From: Acutalibacteraceae bacterium
Lineage (GTDB): Bacteria > Bacillota > Clostridia > Oscillospirales > Acutalibacteraceae
Reading direction: 5' to 3'
Assembly: GCA_045592345.1 (NCBI GenBank)
Contig: JAZNUN010000083.1
Location: 7,987-71,986 of the forward strand
DNA: 64,000 nucleotides
Below are positions 17,880-27,093 of the stretch, one piece after another. The notes below the pieces were generated by a model. The model searched no databases. It was not told where the DNA came from and saw nothing but the letters and a program-made list of their open reading frames with translations. The translations under genes and the position numbers were made by a program. Within the stretch, counting starts at the first letter, position 1, and each line of letters starts with the position of its first letter.

Positions 17880-17907
17880 TTGACAATCTGAAAAACAATG
17901 CTATAAT
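17880..17907 (+). promoter_or_regulatory. SigA-type promoter for greA-lysS
   Basis: TTGACA (17880-85), a 16-nt spacer, then TGcTATAAT (extended -10; TATAAT at 17902-07). Confidence 0.7.
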
Positions 17908-17973
17908 GTATTAGTTATGTTATAAGGGTATATGCGCCCTAAAAACAAATACTCCGAAAGGTGAGTGACAAGA

Positions 17974-18444
17974 ATGAAAGAAGTTATTATGACCAGCGAA
18001 GGTTTTAAGAAAATGCAGGAGGAGCTGGAATATCTCAAGACGACGGGCCGTGACGAGGCCGCTGAGAAGATCCGCGTAGCCCGTGGTTTCGGTGACCTGT
18101 CCGAGAACAGCGAGTACGATGAGGCCAAGAACGACCAGGCCGCTCTGGAGGCACGCATTGCCGAGCTGGAGGCTCAGCTCAAGCATGTCCGCATCCTGGA
18201 TGAGTCCGAGATGAGCAGCGAGCACGTGCACATCGGTTCCAAGGTGCGTATTGCCGACCCCAACGGTAAGGAGTACACCTACACCATCTCCGGCGCCACT
18301 GAGTCCGACCCCTTCAACGGCAAGATCTCCGATGAGTCCCCCGTAGGTCACGCCATCGTGGGCCTGAAGGTGGGCGAAAAGGGCGAGGCCATCCTGCCCA
18401 ACGGCAGCACCGTGATCTACACCGTGCTGGAGATCAGTAAGTAA
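17974..18444 (+). CDS. greA: Transcription elongation factor GreA
   Basis: MKEVIMTSEGFKKMQEELEYLKTTGRDEAAEKIRVARGFGDLSENSEYDEAKNDQA... is a classic GreA N-terminal coiled coil. SD GAAAGGTGAG precedes ATG 17974. Confidence 0.95.
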   Translation: MKEVIMTSEGFKKMQEELEYLKTTGRDEAAEKIRVARGFGDLSENSEYDEAKNDQAALEARIAELEAQLKHVRILDESEMSSEHVHIGSKVRIADPNGKEYTYTISGATESDPFNGKISDESPVGHAIVGLKVGEKGEAILPNGSTVIYTVLEISK

Positions 18445-18471
18445 GACGACCCCTGAAAGGAAGTGCCCTCT

Positions 18472-20040
18472 ATGAGCAATCAGAATATGACCCCCGACGC
18501 CCCTATGACCGAGCAGCAGGTAAACGAGCTGGTTCGGGTGCGTATGGATAAGCTGGCCGCCCTGCAGGAGGCCGGCAAGGATCCTTTTGTTATCACCAAG
18601 TACAACGTCACCGATCACAATGCGGACATCCGTGCCCGCTTTGAGGAGATCGAGGCGGCGTATATTGCCGAGCACGGCCCTATTGAGGAGGGTCAGGGCT
18701 TCGAGCCTGCCGAGCCTATCACCGTATCGGTGGCGGGACGTATGATGAACCGCCGCATTATGGGTAAGGCCAGTTTTGTGGACTTCCACGACGCCACCGG
18801 CCGTATGCAGGTGTACGTCAGCCGCAACGACGTGGGCGAGGAGGATTATGCCGCTTTTAAGAAGTGGGATATCGGCGATATTGTCGGTCTCACCGGCTGG
18901 GTGTTCCGTACCAAGATGGGCGAGATCTCCATTCACGCCACCGGCATCACCCTGTTGAGCAAGTCTCTGCGTCCTCTGCCGGAAAAGTATCACGGTCTGA
19001 AGGATACCGATACCCGTTTCCGTCAGCGGTACGTGGACCTCATCGTCAACCCCGAGGTTAAGCGGAATTTCATCATCCGCTCCAAGTTCATCAAGTATAT
19101 GCGTGAGTATCTGGACAACCGCAACTACATTGAGGTAGAGACCCCTGTGCTGAACACCATCGCCGGCGGTGCCGCGGCCCGTCCTTTTATCACCCATCAT
19201 AACACCCTTGATCTGGATATGTATATGCGTATCGCCACCGAGCTGCCGCTGAAGCGTCTGATCGTGGGCGGTATGGATCGCGTGTACGAGATCGGCCGTA
19301 TCTTCCGTAATGAGGGTATGGATCCCAAGCACAACCCCGAGTTCACCACCGTTGAGCTGTACGAGGCTTATGCGGATTTCCACGATATGATGGACATCGC
19401 TGAGGGCATCATTTCCGGTGCCGCTAAGGAGATTCTGGGCACCTACGAGGTGGAGTGGCTGGGCGAGAAGAGCGATCTGACCCCCGGCTGGCGCCGCCTG
19501 TCTATGGTGGAGGCGGTTAAGGAGTATGTTGGTATCGACTTCGGTGCCATCACCGACGATGCCGAGGCCGTGGCCGCTGCCGCCGCCATCGGCGTGGAGC
19601 TGGCGGATGCCGCCGAGAAGACCTGGGGTAACGCTCTGTATGCCTGCTTTGATCAGCGTGTGGAGGAGAAGCTGATCCAGCCCACCTTCATCACCATGTA
19701 TCCCGTAGAGGTCAGCCCCTTGACCAAAAAGTCCCCTGTGGATCCCCGTCTGACCGAGCGCTTCGAGCTGTTCGTGTGCCACAGCGAGTTGGCCAACGCC
19801 TATTCCGAGCTGAACGACCCCCTGGATCAGCGTGAGCGTTTTATGAAGCAGGTGGAGCAGCGTGAGCGTGGCGACGATGAGACCGAGATGCTGGACGAGG
19901 ATTTCCTCACCGCTCTGGAGTACGGTATGCCCCCCACGGGCGGCATGGGTATGGGTATCGACCGTTGTGTGATGCTGCTCACCGGTGCCGACACCATCCG
20001 CGAGGTCATCCTGTTCCCCACGATGAAACCCTTGGATTAA
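18472..20040 (+). CDS. lysS: Lysine--tRNA ligase (class II)
   Basis: Class II LysRS sequences are present (GRMMNRRIMGKASFVDFHDATGRMQVY, FRNEGMDPKHNPEFTTVELYEAYADFHD, GMGMGIDRCVMLLT). ATG 18472 follows SD GAAAGGAAG. Confidence 0.95.
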   Translation: MSNQNMTPDAPMTEQQVNELVRVRMDKLAALQEAGKDPFVITKYNVTDHNADIRARFEEIEAAYIAEHGPIEEGQGFEPAEPITVSVAGRMMNRRIMGKASFVDFHDATGRMQVYVSRNDVGEEDYAAFKKWDIGDIVGLTGWVFRTKMGEISIHATGITLLSKSLRPLPEKYHGLKDTDTRFRQRYVDLIVNPEVKRNFIIRSKFIKYMREYLDNRNYIEVETPVLNTIAGGAAARPFITHHNTLDLDMYMRIATELPLKRLIVGGMDRVYEIGRIFRNEGMDPKHNPEFTTVELYEAYADFHDMMDIAEGIISGAAKEILGTYEVEWLGEKSDLTPGWRRLSMVEAVKEYVGIDFGAITDDAEAVAAAAAIGVELADAAEKTWGNALYACFDQRVEEKLIQPTFITMYPVEVSPLTKKSPVDPRLTERFELFVCHSELANAYSELNDPLDQRERFMKQVEQRERGDDETEMLDEDFLTALEYGMPPTGGMGMGIDRCVMLLTGADTIREVILFPTMKPLD

Positions 20041-20063
20041 TCCAATAGAAGAGGTGTGTAATA

Positions 20064-20252
20064 ATGGAGAAAAAACTGTACAAATCCAGCACCGATAAGA
20101 AACTGGCGGGTGTCTGCGGCGGCATTGCCGAGTATCTGGGTATAGACTCCACCATCATCCGTTTGGCGTTGGCATTGGCCGTCTTGTGTGCCGGTGTGGG
20201 CGTGTTAGCCTACATCGTTGCGGCCTTTGTGATGCCCGATAAACCCAATTGA
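20064..20252 (+). CDS. PspC domain-containing small membrane protein
   Basis: [36 protein letters not shown] followed by one TM helix. SD AGAGGTG upstream. Confidence 0.8.
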   Translation: MEKKLYKSSTDKKLAGVCGGIAEYLGIDSTIIRLALALAVLCAGVGVLAYIVAAFVMPDKPN

Positions 20253-20257
20253 TACCC

Positions 20258-20294
20258 AAACACCCTATGCCATAGGACATAGGGTGTTTTGTTG
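20258..20294 (+). terminator. Rho-independent terminator
   Basis: Stem AACACCCTATG/CATAGGGTGTT followed by TTGTTG. Confidence 0.7.
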
Positions 20295-20327
20295 CCATCC
20301 CCTGTGTAAAAGGAAGGAATGAACCTA

Positions 20328-21509
20328 ATGTCTACTGAAAAGACCGGCTTTGCCGCCCTGGGGCTCAGCGAGCCCACCCTGCGGGCGGTACAGGCCATGG
20401 GCTTTGACGACCCCACCCCCATTCAGCAGGAGACCATCCCGCTGGTGATGGAGGGCCGCGACGTCATTGCCAAGGCGCCTACCGGCACCGGCAAGACCTG
20501 TGCCTTCGGCATCCCGCTGATCGAGTGCCTCAACCCCGATATGAAGGATCTGCAGGCGTTGGTGTTGTGCCCTACCCGTGAATTGTGCGAGCAGATCACC
20601 GCCGACCTGCGGGCGCTGGTGAAGTATAACCCCATCATCCGCATCGCCTCCATCTACGGCGGCGCCTCTATGGGCCGCCAGATCGACGCCCTGAAGAAGC
20701 ATCCCCACATTGTGGTGGCCACCCCCGGCCGTCTGCTGGACCTGATGGGTCGCGGTCACGCCGATCTGGGTAACCTGTACACCGCCGTCTTGGACGAGGC
20801 GGACGAGATGCTGAAGATGGGCTTCATCCGCGACGTGCGCCGCATCCTCAACGCCACCCCCACCGATACCCAGGTGGTGATGTTCTCCGCCACTATGTCC
20901 CGCGAGGTGATGGACGTGGCGTGGGAATACCAGCACGACGCCATTGAGATCCAGGTGGCCGCCCACGGCGACAGCCGTCCCAAGATCGATCAATACCTTA
21001 TCCGTTCCTCCGGCTCACAGCGTATGGAGGATATGCTGAATATCATCAAGCAGGAGGATTACCACCGCGTGATGGTGTTCGCCAATATGAAGGTATCGGT
21101 CAAACAGCTGACCGAGCGCATCCAGCGCCGCCGCGGGTCGGTGGATTGTCTCCACGGCGATATGCCCCAGTCCCAGCGGAATAAGGTGATGCAGAAGTTC
21201 AGAGATAACAAGCTGGAGATGCTCATCGCCACCGACGTAGCCGCCCGCGGCATTGACGTGGAGGATGTGGAGGCGGTGTTTAACTACGACATCCCCGACG
21301 AGAATGAGTACTACCTGCACCGCATCGGTCGTACCGGTCGCGCCAAGCGGCAGGGTGCCGCCTACACCTTTATAACCGACGCGGATAAATACCGTATCCG
21401 CGATATTCTCAAGTACACCAAGTCGGAGGCCACCGAGATGGCTTTTGACGATGAGAGCCGCCTACGCCCAGCCGCCGAACTGGCTGCCGAGGCGGAGCAA
21501 GAGGCATAA
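20328..21509 (+). CDS. DEAD-box ATP-dependent RNA helicase
   Basis: Helicase motifs are present: AKAPTGTGKT, VLDEADEM (DEAD), SAT, HRIGRTGRA. ATG 20328 sits about 9 nt after SD AGGAAGGA; the track start is 20319. Confidence 0.95.
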   Translation: MSTEKTGFAALGLSEPTLRAVQAMGFDDPTPIQQETIPLVMEGRDVIAKAPTGTGKTCAFGIPLIECLNPDMKDLQALVLCPTRELCEQITADLRALVKYNPIIRIASIYGGASMGRQIDALKKHPHIVVATPGRLLDLMGRGHADLGNLYTAVLDEADEMLKMGFIRDVRRILNATPTDTQVVMFSATMSREVMDVAWEYQHDAIEIQVAAHGDSRPKIDQYLIRSSGSQRMEDMLNIIKQEDYHRVMVFANMKVSVKQLTERIQRRRGSVDCLHGDMPQSQRNKVMQKFRDNKLEMLIATDVAARGIDVEDVEAVFNYDIPDENEYYLHRIGRTGRAKRQGAAYTFITDADKYRIRDILKYTKSEATEMAFDDESRLRPAAELAAEAEQEA

Positions 21510-21544
21510 CTTTATATTACATTATAATATATATAGGTCATACG

Positions 21545-21588
21545 ACGGGAGTCGTCTGCAGATGTGCGGACGACTCCCGTTTTGTTTG
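21545..21588 (+). terminator. Rho-independent terminator of the helicase gene
   Basis: Stem ACGGGAGTCGTC/GACGACTCCCGT followed by TTTTGTTTG. Confidence 0.85.
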
Positions 21589-22167
21589 TCATTTCCCACT
21601 TGCTACGCATCGCACCCATCCCAAAATCGCTCTCAAAAGGGGTGGATTTCGTTGTAGACAAAAGGAGGAAGGAGATTGTGCCGTGTCCCGCCATACTCCC
21701 GCTGCCCCTTCGCGGTACCCCCTTGTCAATAGATTTCCGGCAATTTCTCTCCTTTGCCTAAAATGGTATTTTTCACGTTTTCGTATATTCATACGAAAAA
21801 AAGCATATTTTTACTCGCAAAAATGCGAAAAAGCTCGATTTTCGTTCCCGAAACGGTCCAAAATCCGCGTTTTCGGCCCTTTTTGGATGCCCTGTTTCGG
21901 ATGGTTGCACAAAATTTTGGCCCAAACGCAAAATCTGCAAAAAAATTACCAAAAATGCAAATAAATGGTAATTATGTACCCAAAACGCCCCGTTTTTTCG
22001 AAAAAAGCCGCTTTTTTCTTTACAAAATTCATAAAAAAGTCACTTTTTTGCCACTTTGGTTAGGACAAGCAGGTGCGTCGTTTGGAAGGGATGGACAACC
22101 CCGCTTATGAGCATAGAAACCGCTTTCTTTTGTGCAAAACCACCAAAGCAGACCCCCTTTACTTTGG

Positions 22168-22196
22168 TTGACAGCGTCAATTTGTGCGGGTATAAT
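22168..22196 (+). promoter_or_regulatory. Consensus SigA promoter
   Basis: TTGACA (22168-73), a 17-nt spacer, then TATAAT (22191-96). Both hexamers match consensus perfectly. Confidence 0.8.
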
Positions 22197-22397
22197 AGGC
22201 CCAGTACCAGATTTGACCCAATTTCGTCCCGATGGGCGGTATCATTTGATACCCCTCGGAAGCACGGATTCGGTTTGACCTCGGAGTTGCCGAGGGGGTG
22301 GCTGTATAAGTTTACGGACGATACGCCACACTAAGATAGGTCAATCCAACTTGCCGACCTGTCCTGTACAAACCGTCCCGACAGAAAGGAAGACAAT
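22197..22397 (+). promoter_or_regulatory. About 200-nt structured 5' leader of the G5/3D-domain gene (riboswitch candidate, class unresolved)
   Basis: Nested helices are visible: TTGACC (22275-80)/GGTCAA (22339-44) encloses CCTCGG/CCGAGG (22279-95) and GTGGC/GCCAC (22298-22329). GGTATC/GATACC (22239-54) lies upstream. Confidence 0.35.
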
Positions 22398-23441
22398 ATG
22401 GAACGATTTAAGAATACTGTGAGCACCGTTTGGTCCGGCGTTTGTCGCGTGGTGTCCCGCCGCGTATTTGCCGCGGTGGTGATGTGCGCGGTCACCGTAT
22501 CTATGGTGCTGGGTATTTCGGTGAATTCCCACGTGGTCACTGTCAACGACGGCGATGAGAGCCGTGTCGTGGTCACCGTTCACCAGGACCCCTATCGGGT
22601 GCTGAACACCGCCGGTGTACAGTTAGAGGAGCACGATGCCATTTCGGTGGATACCGACAGTGCGGTCATCGACGTGGACCGCGCTATGGCGGTGGAGGTG
22701 CAGGCGGACGGCCTGTCCACGCTGGTGCACCTGACCGAGGGCACCGTTAAGGAAGCCATTAGCAAAGCGGGTATCTCCGTGGGCGCCCAGGACACCGTCA
22801 GCCAGAAGCTGACCGCCGACGTGGCGGAGGGTATGTTGATCGTGGTGGACCGTGTGGCCTACGAAGAGTACACCGTCACCGAGATCATCCCCCACGGCAC
22901 TAAGTACCGCTATAGCGCGGTGCTGAAACCCGGTAAAACCCGCACCGAGAAGGCGGGCACCGACGGCGAAAAGGTGATCACCTACCGCAAGACCATCGTC
23001 AACGGCAAGGCCACCACCACCGAAAAGGTGGGGGAGAAGATCGTCAAGCAGGCGGTGGATACCGTGGTGCTGAAAGGCTCCAGCTACGGCACCCCCATTT
23101 CTCCCGCCCCCTTTGATATCGAGCTGGATGAAAAGGGACAGCCTGTTAAGTACACCAAGAAGTTCTCCGGCAGTTGCACCGCCTATGCCACCGGCAAGCG
23201 CGGCGCCAGCGGTATGAAGCTGGGCGTGGGCACTGTGGCGGTGAATCCCAAGCAGATTCCCTACGGCACTAAGCTGTGGATCACATCGGCAGACGGCAAG
23301 TTCGTATACGGCTACGCCATCGCGGCGGACACCGGCGGCTTTGTCAACAGCGGCAAGACCATTGCCGACCTGTATATGGGCTCTTACAAAGAGGCGTGCA
23401 ATTTCGGCCGCCGCAATCTGAATATCTACGTTATCGGTTAA
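22398..23441 (+). CDS. Cell-wall-associated protein with N-terminal TM anchor, DUF348-like repeats, G5 domain and C-terminal 3D domain (YabE/RpfB-like architecture)
   Basis: G5-like segment TEIIPHGTKYRYSAVLKPGKTRTEKAGTDGEKVITYRKTIVNGK. 3D-like tail GVGTVAVNPKQIPYGTKLWITSADGKFVYGYAIAADTGG. SD GAAAGGAAG upstream. Confidence 0.85.
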   Translation: MERFKNTVSTVWSGVCRVVSRRVFAAVVMCAVTVSMVLGISVNSHVVTVNDGDESRVVVTVHQDPYRVLNTAGVQLEEHDAISVDTDSAVIDVDRAMAVEVQADGLSTLVHLTEGTVKEAISKAGISVGAQDTVSQKLTADVAEGMLIVVDRVAYEEYTVTEIIPHGTKYRYSAVLKPGKTRTEKAGTDGEKVITYRKTIVNGKATTTEKVGEKIVKQAVDTVVLKGSSYGTPISPAPFDIELDEKGQPVKYTKKFSGSCTAYATGKRGASGMKLGVGTVAVNPKQIPYGTKLWITSADGKFVYGYAIAADTGGFVNSGKTIADLYMGSYKEACNFGRRNLNIYVIG

Positions 23442-23444
23442 TGT

Positions 23445-23475
23445 AAAAAGCACCCCCGCGGGGGTGCTTTTTTTA
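23445..23475 (+). terminator. Rho-independent terminator
   Basis: AAAAAGCACCCCCGCGGGGGTGCTTTTTTT. Confidence 0.9.
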
Positions 23476-23570
23476 CGGTGTGACTTAAAAAGGTTACAAA
23501 ATTGTAACTGGTTATTCTACAAAAAGGATGCTATACTGTCGGTGTCATTGGCGAAAAAGGGGGAAATACC

Positions 23571-24380
23571 GTGTTTTGGCAACGTGTGTTGGAGATTTTA
23601 GATGCCCAGATGACCCGACCCACCTCCTATGGGTGGTTCCATCTGCTGTTTTTCGCATTATCCATCGCCGGCGGTGTGCTACTGTGCGTGTACTGTAAGG
23701 ATACCAAGAAATACGCGCCGCGGGTGGTGTTTATCACCGCTGTCGTGGTGTTTGTGTTGGAAATCTATAAGATGATCAATTTCGGATTCTCCTATGAGAA
23801 TGGGATTTCCTATTCTTTTCCGTGGAGCTCCTTCCCGTTCCAGTTCTGCTCCACGCCGATGTACGTGGGCCTGCTGGTGGGTCTTTTCCGCCGCGGACGG
23901 GTGCACCACAGCCTGTGCGCTTACTTAGCTACTTACGCGCTGTTTGCAGGGTTGTGCGTGATGATCTACCCCAACGACGTATTTATCGAGACCATCGGCA
24001 TCAATATTCAGACTATGATCTGCCACGGTTCGATGTTGTCTATCGGCATCTATCTGCTGGGCAGCGGCTATGTGAAGGCCGAGCACAAAACGATTCTCCG
24101 CGCCCTGCCGGTGTTCTGTGCGGCGGTGGTTATCGCTATGGTGCTCAATGAGTGGGCGTTCCGCACGGGTATGCTGGAGGATCACTTCTTCAATATGTTC
24201 TATTTCAGCCCCCACGCCGATCCCCATCTGCCGTTGTACTCAGACGTACAGAACGCTCTGGGTGTGGCCAACCCCCTCAGCTTTATCATCTATGTAGCCG
24301 GCTTTACACTGGCGGCCTATTTGGTGCTGTTGGGTGCTATGGGCATCCGCGCTCTGGCGGCCCGCAAGGCTAAAGTATAA
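23571..24380 (+). CDS. Polytopic membrane protein (YwaF/TMEM164-like, tentative)
   Basis: 269 aa with about 7 hydrophobic helices. GTG start after SD AAAAGGGGGA. The FPFQFCSTPMYV motif resembles the YwaF family (from memory). Confidence 0.75.
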   Translation: MFWQRVLEILDAQMTRPTSYGWFHLLFFALSIAGGVLLCVYCKDTKKYAPRVVFITAVVVFVLEIYKMINFGFSYENGISYSFPWSSFPFQFCSTPMYVGLLVGLFRRGRVHHSLCAYLATYALFAGLCVMIYPNDVFIETIGINIQTMICHGSMLSIGIYLLGSGYVKAEHKTILRALPVFCAAVVIAMVLNEWAFRTGMLEDHFFNMFYFSPHADPHLPLYSDVQNALGVANPLSFIIYVAGFTLAAYLVLLGAMGIRALAARKAKV

Positions 24381-24384
24381 AAGT

Positions 24385-24420
24385 ATAACCGTCCCCGCTT
24401 GTCGGGGGCGGTTATTTTAT
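24385..24420 (+). terminator. Rho-independent terminator
   Basis: ATAACCGTCCCCGCTTGTCGGGGGCGGTTATTTTAT. Confidence 0.8.
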
Positions 24421-24520
24421 GTCTGTTTGTTTGCTTGTGTCCTTGACGGGAAAGGGGAGCATAGTGTATACTTTATGTCATAGAGGATGTTTATTGCGTT
24501 TCGAGAGGAAGATGTCTGTT

Positions 24521-26974
24521 ATGAAAAGATGGTTGACAATGGTATGCTCCGTAGCGCTGATATTGGCGCTGTTGCCGATGGGTGCATTTGCTGCCCCCGT
24601 GCGGGCACAGGAGGACACCGTCATTGTTAATGTAAAGGATTTCGGCGCCGTCGGCGACGGCAAAACGGACGACCGTACCGCCATTATGGAGGCATTTTAC
24701 TTTGCTCTCACCGAATATATGGTGGATGCCATTCCGGTTACCGTATATTTCCCGGAGGGTCAGTACGGCCTGCTGAATGGAGGTATGTATATCTATCTGC
24801 CCCGCGGCTATGGCAACCTGACGGTCAAGGGTGACGGCGCGGATAAGTCTACCATCGTCTATCTGGACGAGTGGACCAACAACGGCTCTTGGGTGGCGTT
24901 GCGTATTCTGCCCAAAATCACGCCCGAATCCGAGGACCAGTACCTCCACGACATCACGGTGCAGGATTTGGGTATATACGATACCGCCCCCGAGAAACAC
25001 GCTTGGAATAAAAACAATGGCGATCCCGCCACCGAGGAGACTCACGGTTTTAACATCCAATACTGCAAGCGTGCCACCATTAAGAACTGTAAGGTTTCCA
25101 ATGTTGGTGACGAAGCCATTGATATGTCCCACTGTATTGATTCTGTTATGACCGACAACGTGGTGGAGAACAGTCCCGGTGCAGGTGGTGCAGGCGGCTC
25201 CATTTCGGTGGGTGACGGCTCCAAAAACGTCAGGATCACCAATAACACGGTGACCGGTAGTATTGCCGGCAAGATCAACTGGGCCATTGCGGTGGAAGCA
25301 CTGACGGAAACGGTAGAAGACATTACCATCACCGGCAACATCATCGCCGATATGAAAGGATATGGTATCAACCTCGGTGCGCCCAACGGCATCATTGCTG
25401 ACGTGACGATTGATGACAATAGCATCACCAACTGCAACGAAGGCGGCATTCGTTTTATGGGTACCGGGCAGACCACGAATGTCAGCATTACCAATACCCA
25501 AATCTCAAGAACATCCACCGCCATCCTCGTGGATGGTGCCAATAAGCATCTTACGCTGATTGACAACTGCACCATGGATACGCTTTCCTCTTGCGGTGTC
25601 AATATTATTTCTCCCAGTTGCACCGATACGATCATCCGGAATTCCACCATCAGTAATTCGCAGAACCGTGCTGTATACAATGCCGGTACGGGTACAAGAA
25701 TTGACCGCGTACGGATTGTGGGCACGGGCTTGGCCGGCGGAATCACTTCGGGTGCCATCACCCAGTATACTTCGGGCGGCAGTTGTGAGGTGACCAACAC
25801 CGTGCTGTTGGATTGCCGGAATAAACGCGGCCTTCAGATGGTACAGACAGTTAAGAATACCTTGATTCAGCAGCCCGAGACTTCCGGTTATACCAGCATC
25901 CAGAGCGCCACTCTGATTGAAAACTGTAAAGTCAATCGCGTTATCGGTGCGGTCAGCGACTGTACCATTGACGGGTTGGTGCTGTATACCGAAGCGGATT
26001 TGGGTACCCATGCGGTCACTTTGTCGGATCGGACGAATTGCATCGTGACCAATTGTAAGATCACTGTTCCCTCCCGCTATGCGATATGTGAGATACGTGC
26101 TACGGATCATAATGTGATCACCAATAACATTGCCGTGGGTGGCAGCGGTTTTCAAATCATCGGCGCCAATACGGTGGCATCGGGCAACATCAGGGCAACC
26201 GAAAGCACTACCGAGCAGTTCCGTTATCGCGTGGTGGACGGTCAAGCCACCATTACTGCGTGGCTGGATGTGAGTGCGGTTCAGGCAATGATCCCCTCCG
26301 CGGTGGAGGGCTATCCTGTCACCGCCATCGACCCTTGGGCGTTTGCCCTTAACGAGAGTCTGACCTCCATTCTCATTCCTGACAGCATCACCGCCATCGG
26401 TGCCAATGCGTTCTTTGGATGTGACGGCTTGACCGAGGTGCATTACCCCGGCAGTGTGGCTCAGTGGGAGACCATTGACATCGGTGTGAACAACGACGCT
26501 CTTCTGGATGCAGAGTGGCATTGTCCCACCAATCGCTATTCCGATGAGGTTGCTCACAGCGTGATGGACACCGCGGCCGGCAACGGCTTGGCGTTCCGCT
26601 TTACGATGTACGCCTCCGGCGTGACCGTGGACGGCGACAAGCAAGTGGATATGACTGGGGCCACCGTAAGCTATCTGGGCGTGGAATGCAGGCTGGTGGG
26701 CTTTGGTGCCATTGTGACCAATAATGCCGCCGTGGGCACAGGCGATTTCACGTTGGCCGCCGTTAACGGCACCGATGTGCGGAATGTCCCCACCGTCTAT
26801 TTGCAGGAAGTCGCCGCGGATCACTGTGCTTTTGCGGTGCGTGTCGTCGACATTCCCGACGAGATGAAAAGAATAGATGTTTACACACGCCCCTACTACA
26901 TTGTTGAAGTAGGCGGCGAGCAGGTCACCGTCTACAGCGATGTAGACGTGGCATCCTGTAATGATTTTTCGTAA
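24521..26974 (+). CDS. Secreted right-handed beta-helix (pectate-lyase-fold) protein with BspA-type leucine-rich repeats and a C-terminal unknown domain
   Basis: Signal MKRWLTMVCSVALILALLPMGAFA. VNVKDFGAVGDGKTDDRTAI is the typical N-cap of Pectate_lyase_3-type beta-helices. LRR segment IPDSITAIGANAFFGCDGLTEVHYPGS. ATG 24521 is preferred (GAGGAAG about 9 nt upstream); the track start is 24419. Confidence 0.85.
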   Translation: MKRWLTMVCSVALILALLPMGAFAAPVRAQEDTVIVNVKDFGAVGDGKTDDRTAIMEAFYFALTEYMVDAIPVTVYFPEGQYGLLNGGMYIYLPRGYGNLTVKGDGADKSTIVYLDEWTNNGSWVALRILPKITPESEDQYLHDITVQDLGIYDTAPEKHAWNKNNGDPATEETHGFNIQYCKRATIKNCKVSNVGDEAIDMSHCIDSVMTDNVVENSPGAGGAGGSISVGDGSKNVRITNNTVTGSIAGKINWAIAVEALTETVEDITITGNIIADMKGYGINLGAPNGIIADVTIDDNSITNCNEGGIRFMGTGQTTNVSITNTQISRTSTAILVDGANKHLTLIDNCTMDTLSSCGVNIISPSCTDTIIRNSTISNSQNRAVYNAGTGTRIDRVRIVGTGLAGGITSGAITQYTSGGSCEVTNTVLLDCRNKRGLQMVQTVKNTLIQQPETSGYTSIQSATLIENCKVNRVIGAVSDCTIDGLVLYTEADLGTHAVTLSDRTNCIVTNCKITVPSRYAICEIRATDHNVITNNIAVGGSGFQIIGANTVASGNIRATESTTEQFRYRVVDGQATITAWLDVSAVQAMIPSAVEGYPVTAIDPWAFALNESLTSILIPDSITAIGANAFFGCDGLTEVHYPGSVAQWETIDIGVNNDALLDAEWHCPTNRYSDEVAHSVMDTAAGNGLAFRFTMYASGVTVDGDKQVDMTGATVSYLGVECRLVGFGAIVTNNAAVGTGDFTLAAVNGTDVRNVPTVYLQEVAADHCAFAVRVVDIPDEMKRIDVYTRPYYIVEVGGEQVTVYSDVDVASCNDFS

Positions 26975-26994
26975 GCGTCTCTTGCCATAACACA

Positions 26995-27030
26995 CAACCG
27001 CCCCCATTCACAGGGGGCGGTTTTTGTTAT
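26995..27030 (+). terminator. Rho-independent terminator
   Basis: AACCGCCCCCATTCACAGGGGGCGGTTTTTGTT. Confidence 0.9.
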
Positions 27031-27064
27031 ATATATAGAAAAAAAGCCGTCACAAAAAAATAAC

Positions 27065-27093
27065 TTTACATTTGAAAGCAACTGTGGTATAGT
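27065..27093 (+). promoter_or_regulatory. SigA-type promoter for rpsO
   Basis: TTTACA (27065-70), a 17-nt spacer, then TGgTATAGT (27085-93). Confidence 0.65.

Noticed and set aside
17920-19782. 620-aa minus-strand ORF covering greA and lysS
   Set aside because: It is antisense to two unmistakable housekeeping genes. Its composition (G/H/L/V/D/Q-rich with long low-complexity runs) is typical of mirror-frame ORFs in high-GC DNA, and it has no SD.
21678-21761. 27-codon GTG ORF (MPCPAILPLPLRGTPLSIDFRQFLSFA) 9 nt after a strong AAAGGAGGAAGGAG
   Set aside because: The SD-like purine run is striking, but I see no promoter between it and the helicase terminator and cannot test conservation. It is kept as unproven. 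Ribosome profiling or conservation would decide.
21683-22110. 93-aa and 118-aa plus-strand ORFs in the AT-rich gap
   Set aside because: They are extremely K/F/R-rich and overlap each other in different frames. They lie in phased A/T-tract DNA, so they are most likely non-coding.
25505-27007. 500-aa minus-strand ORF (with 24491-25501 and 25042-25800) opposite the beta-helix/LRR gene
   Set aside because: Mirror-frame artefacts. The plus-strand product has a signal peptide, SD, promoter, terminator and recognisable domains.
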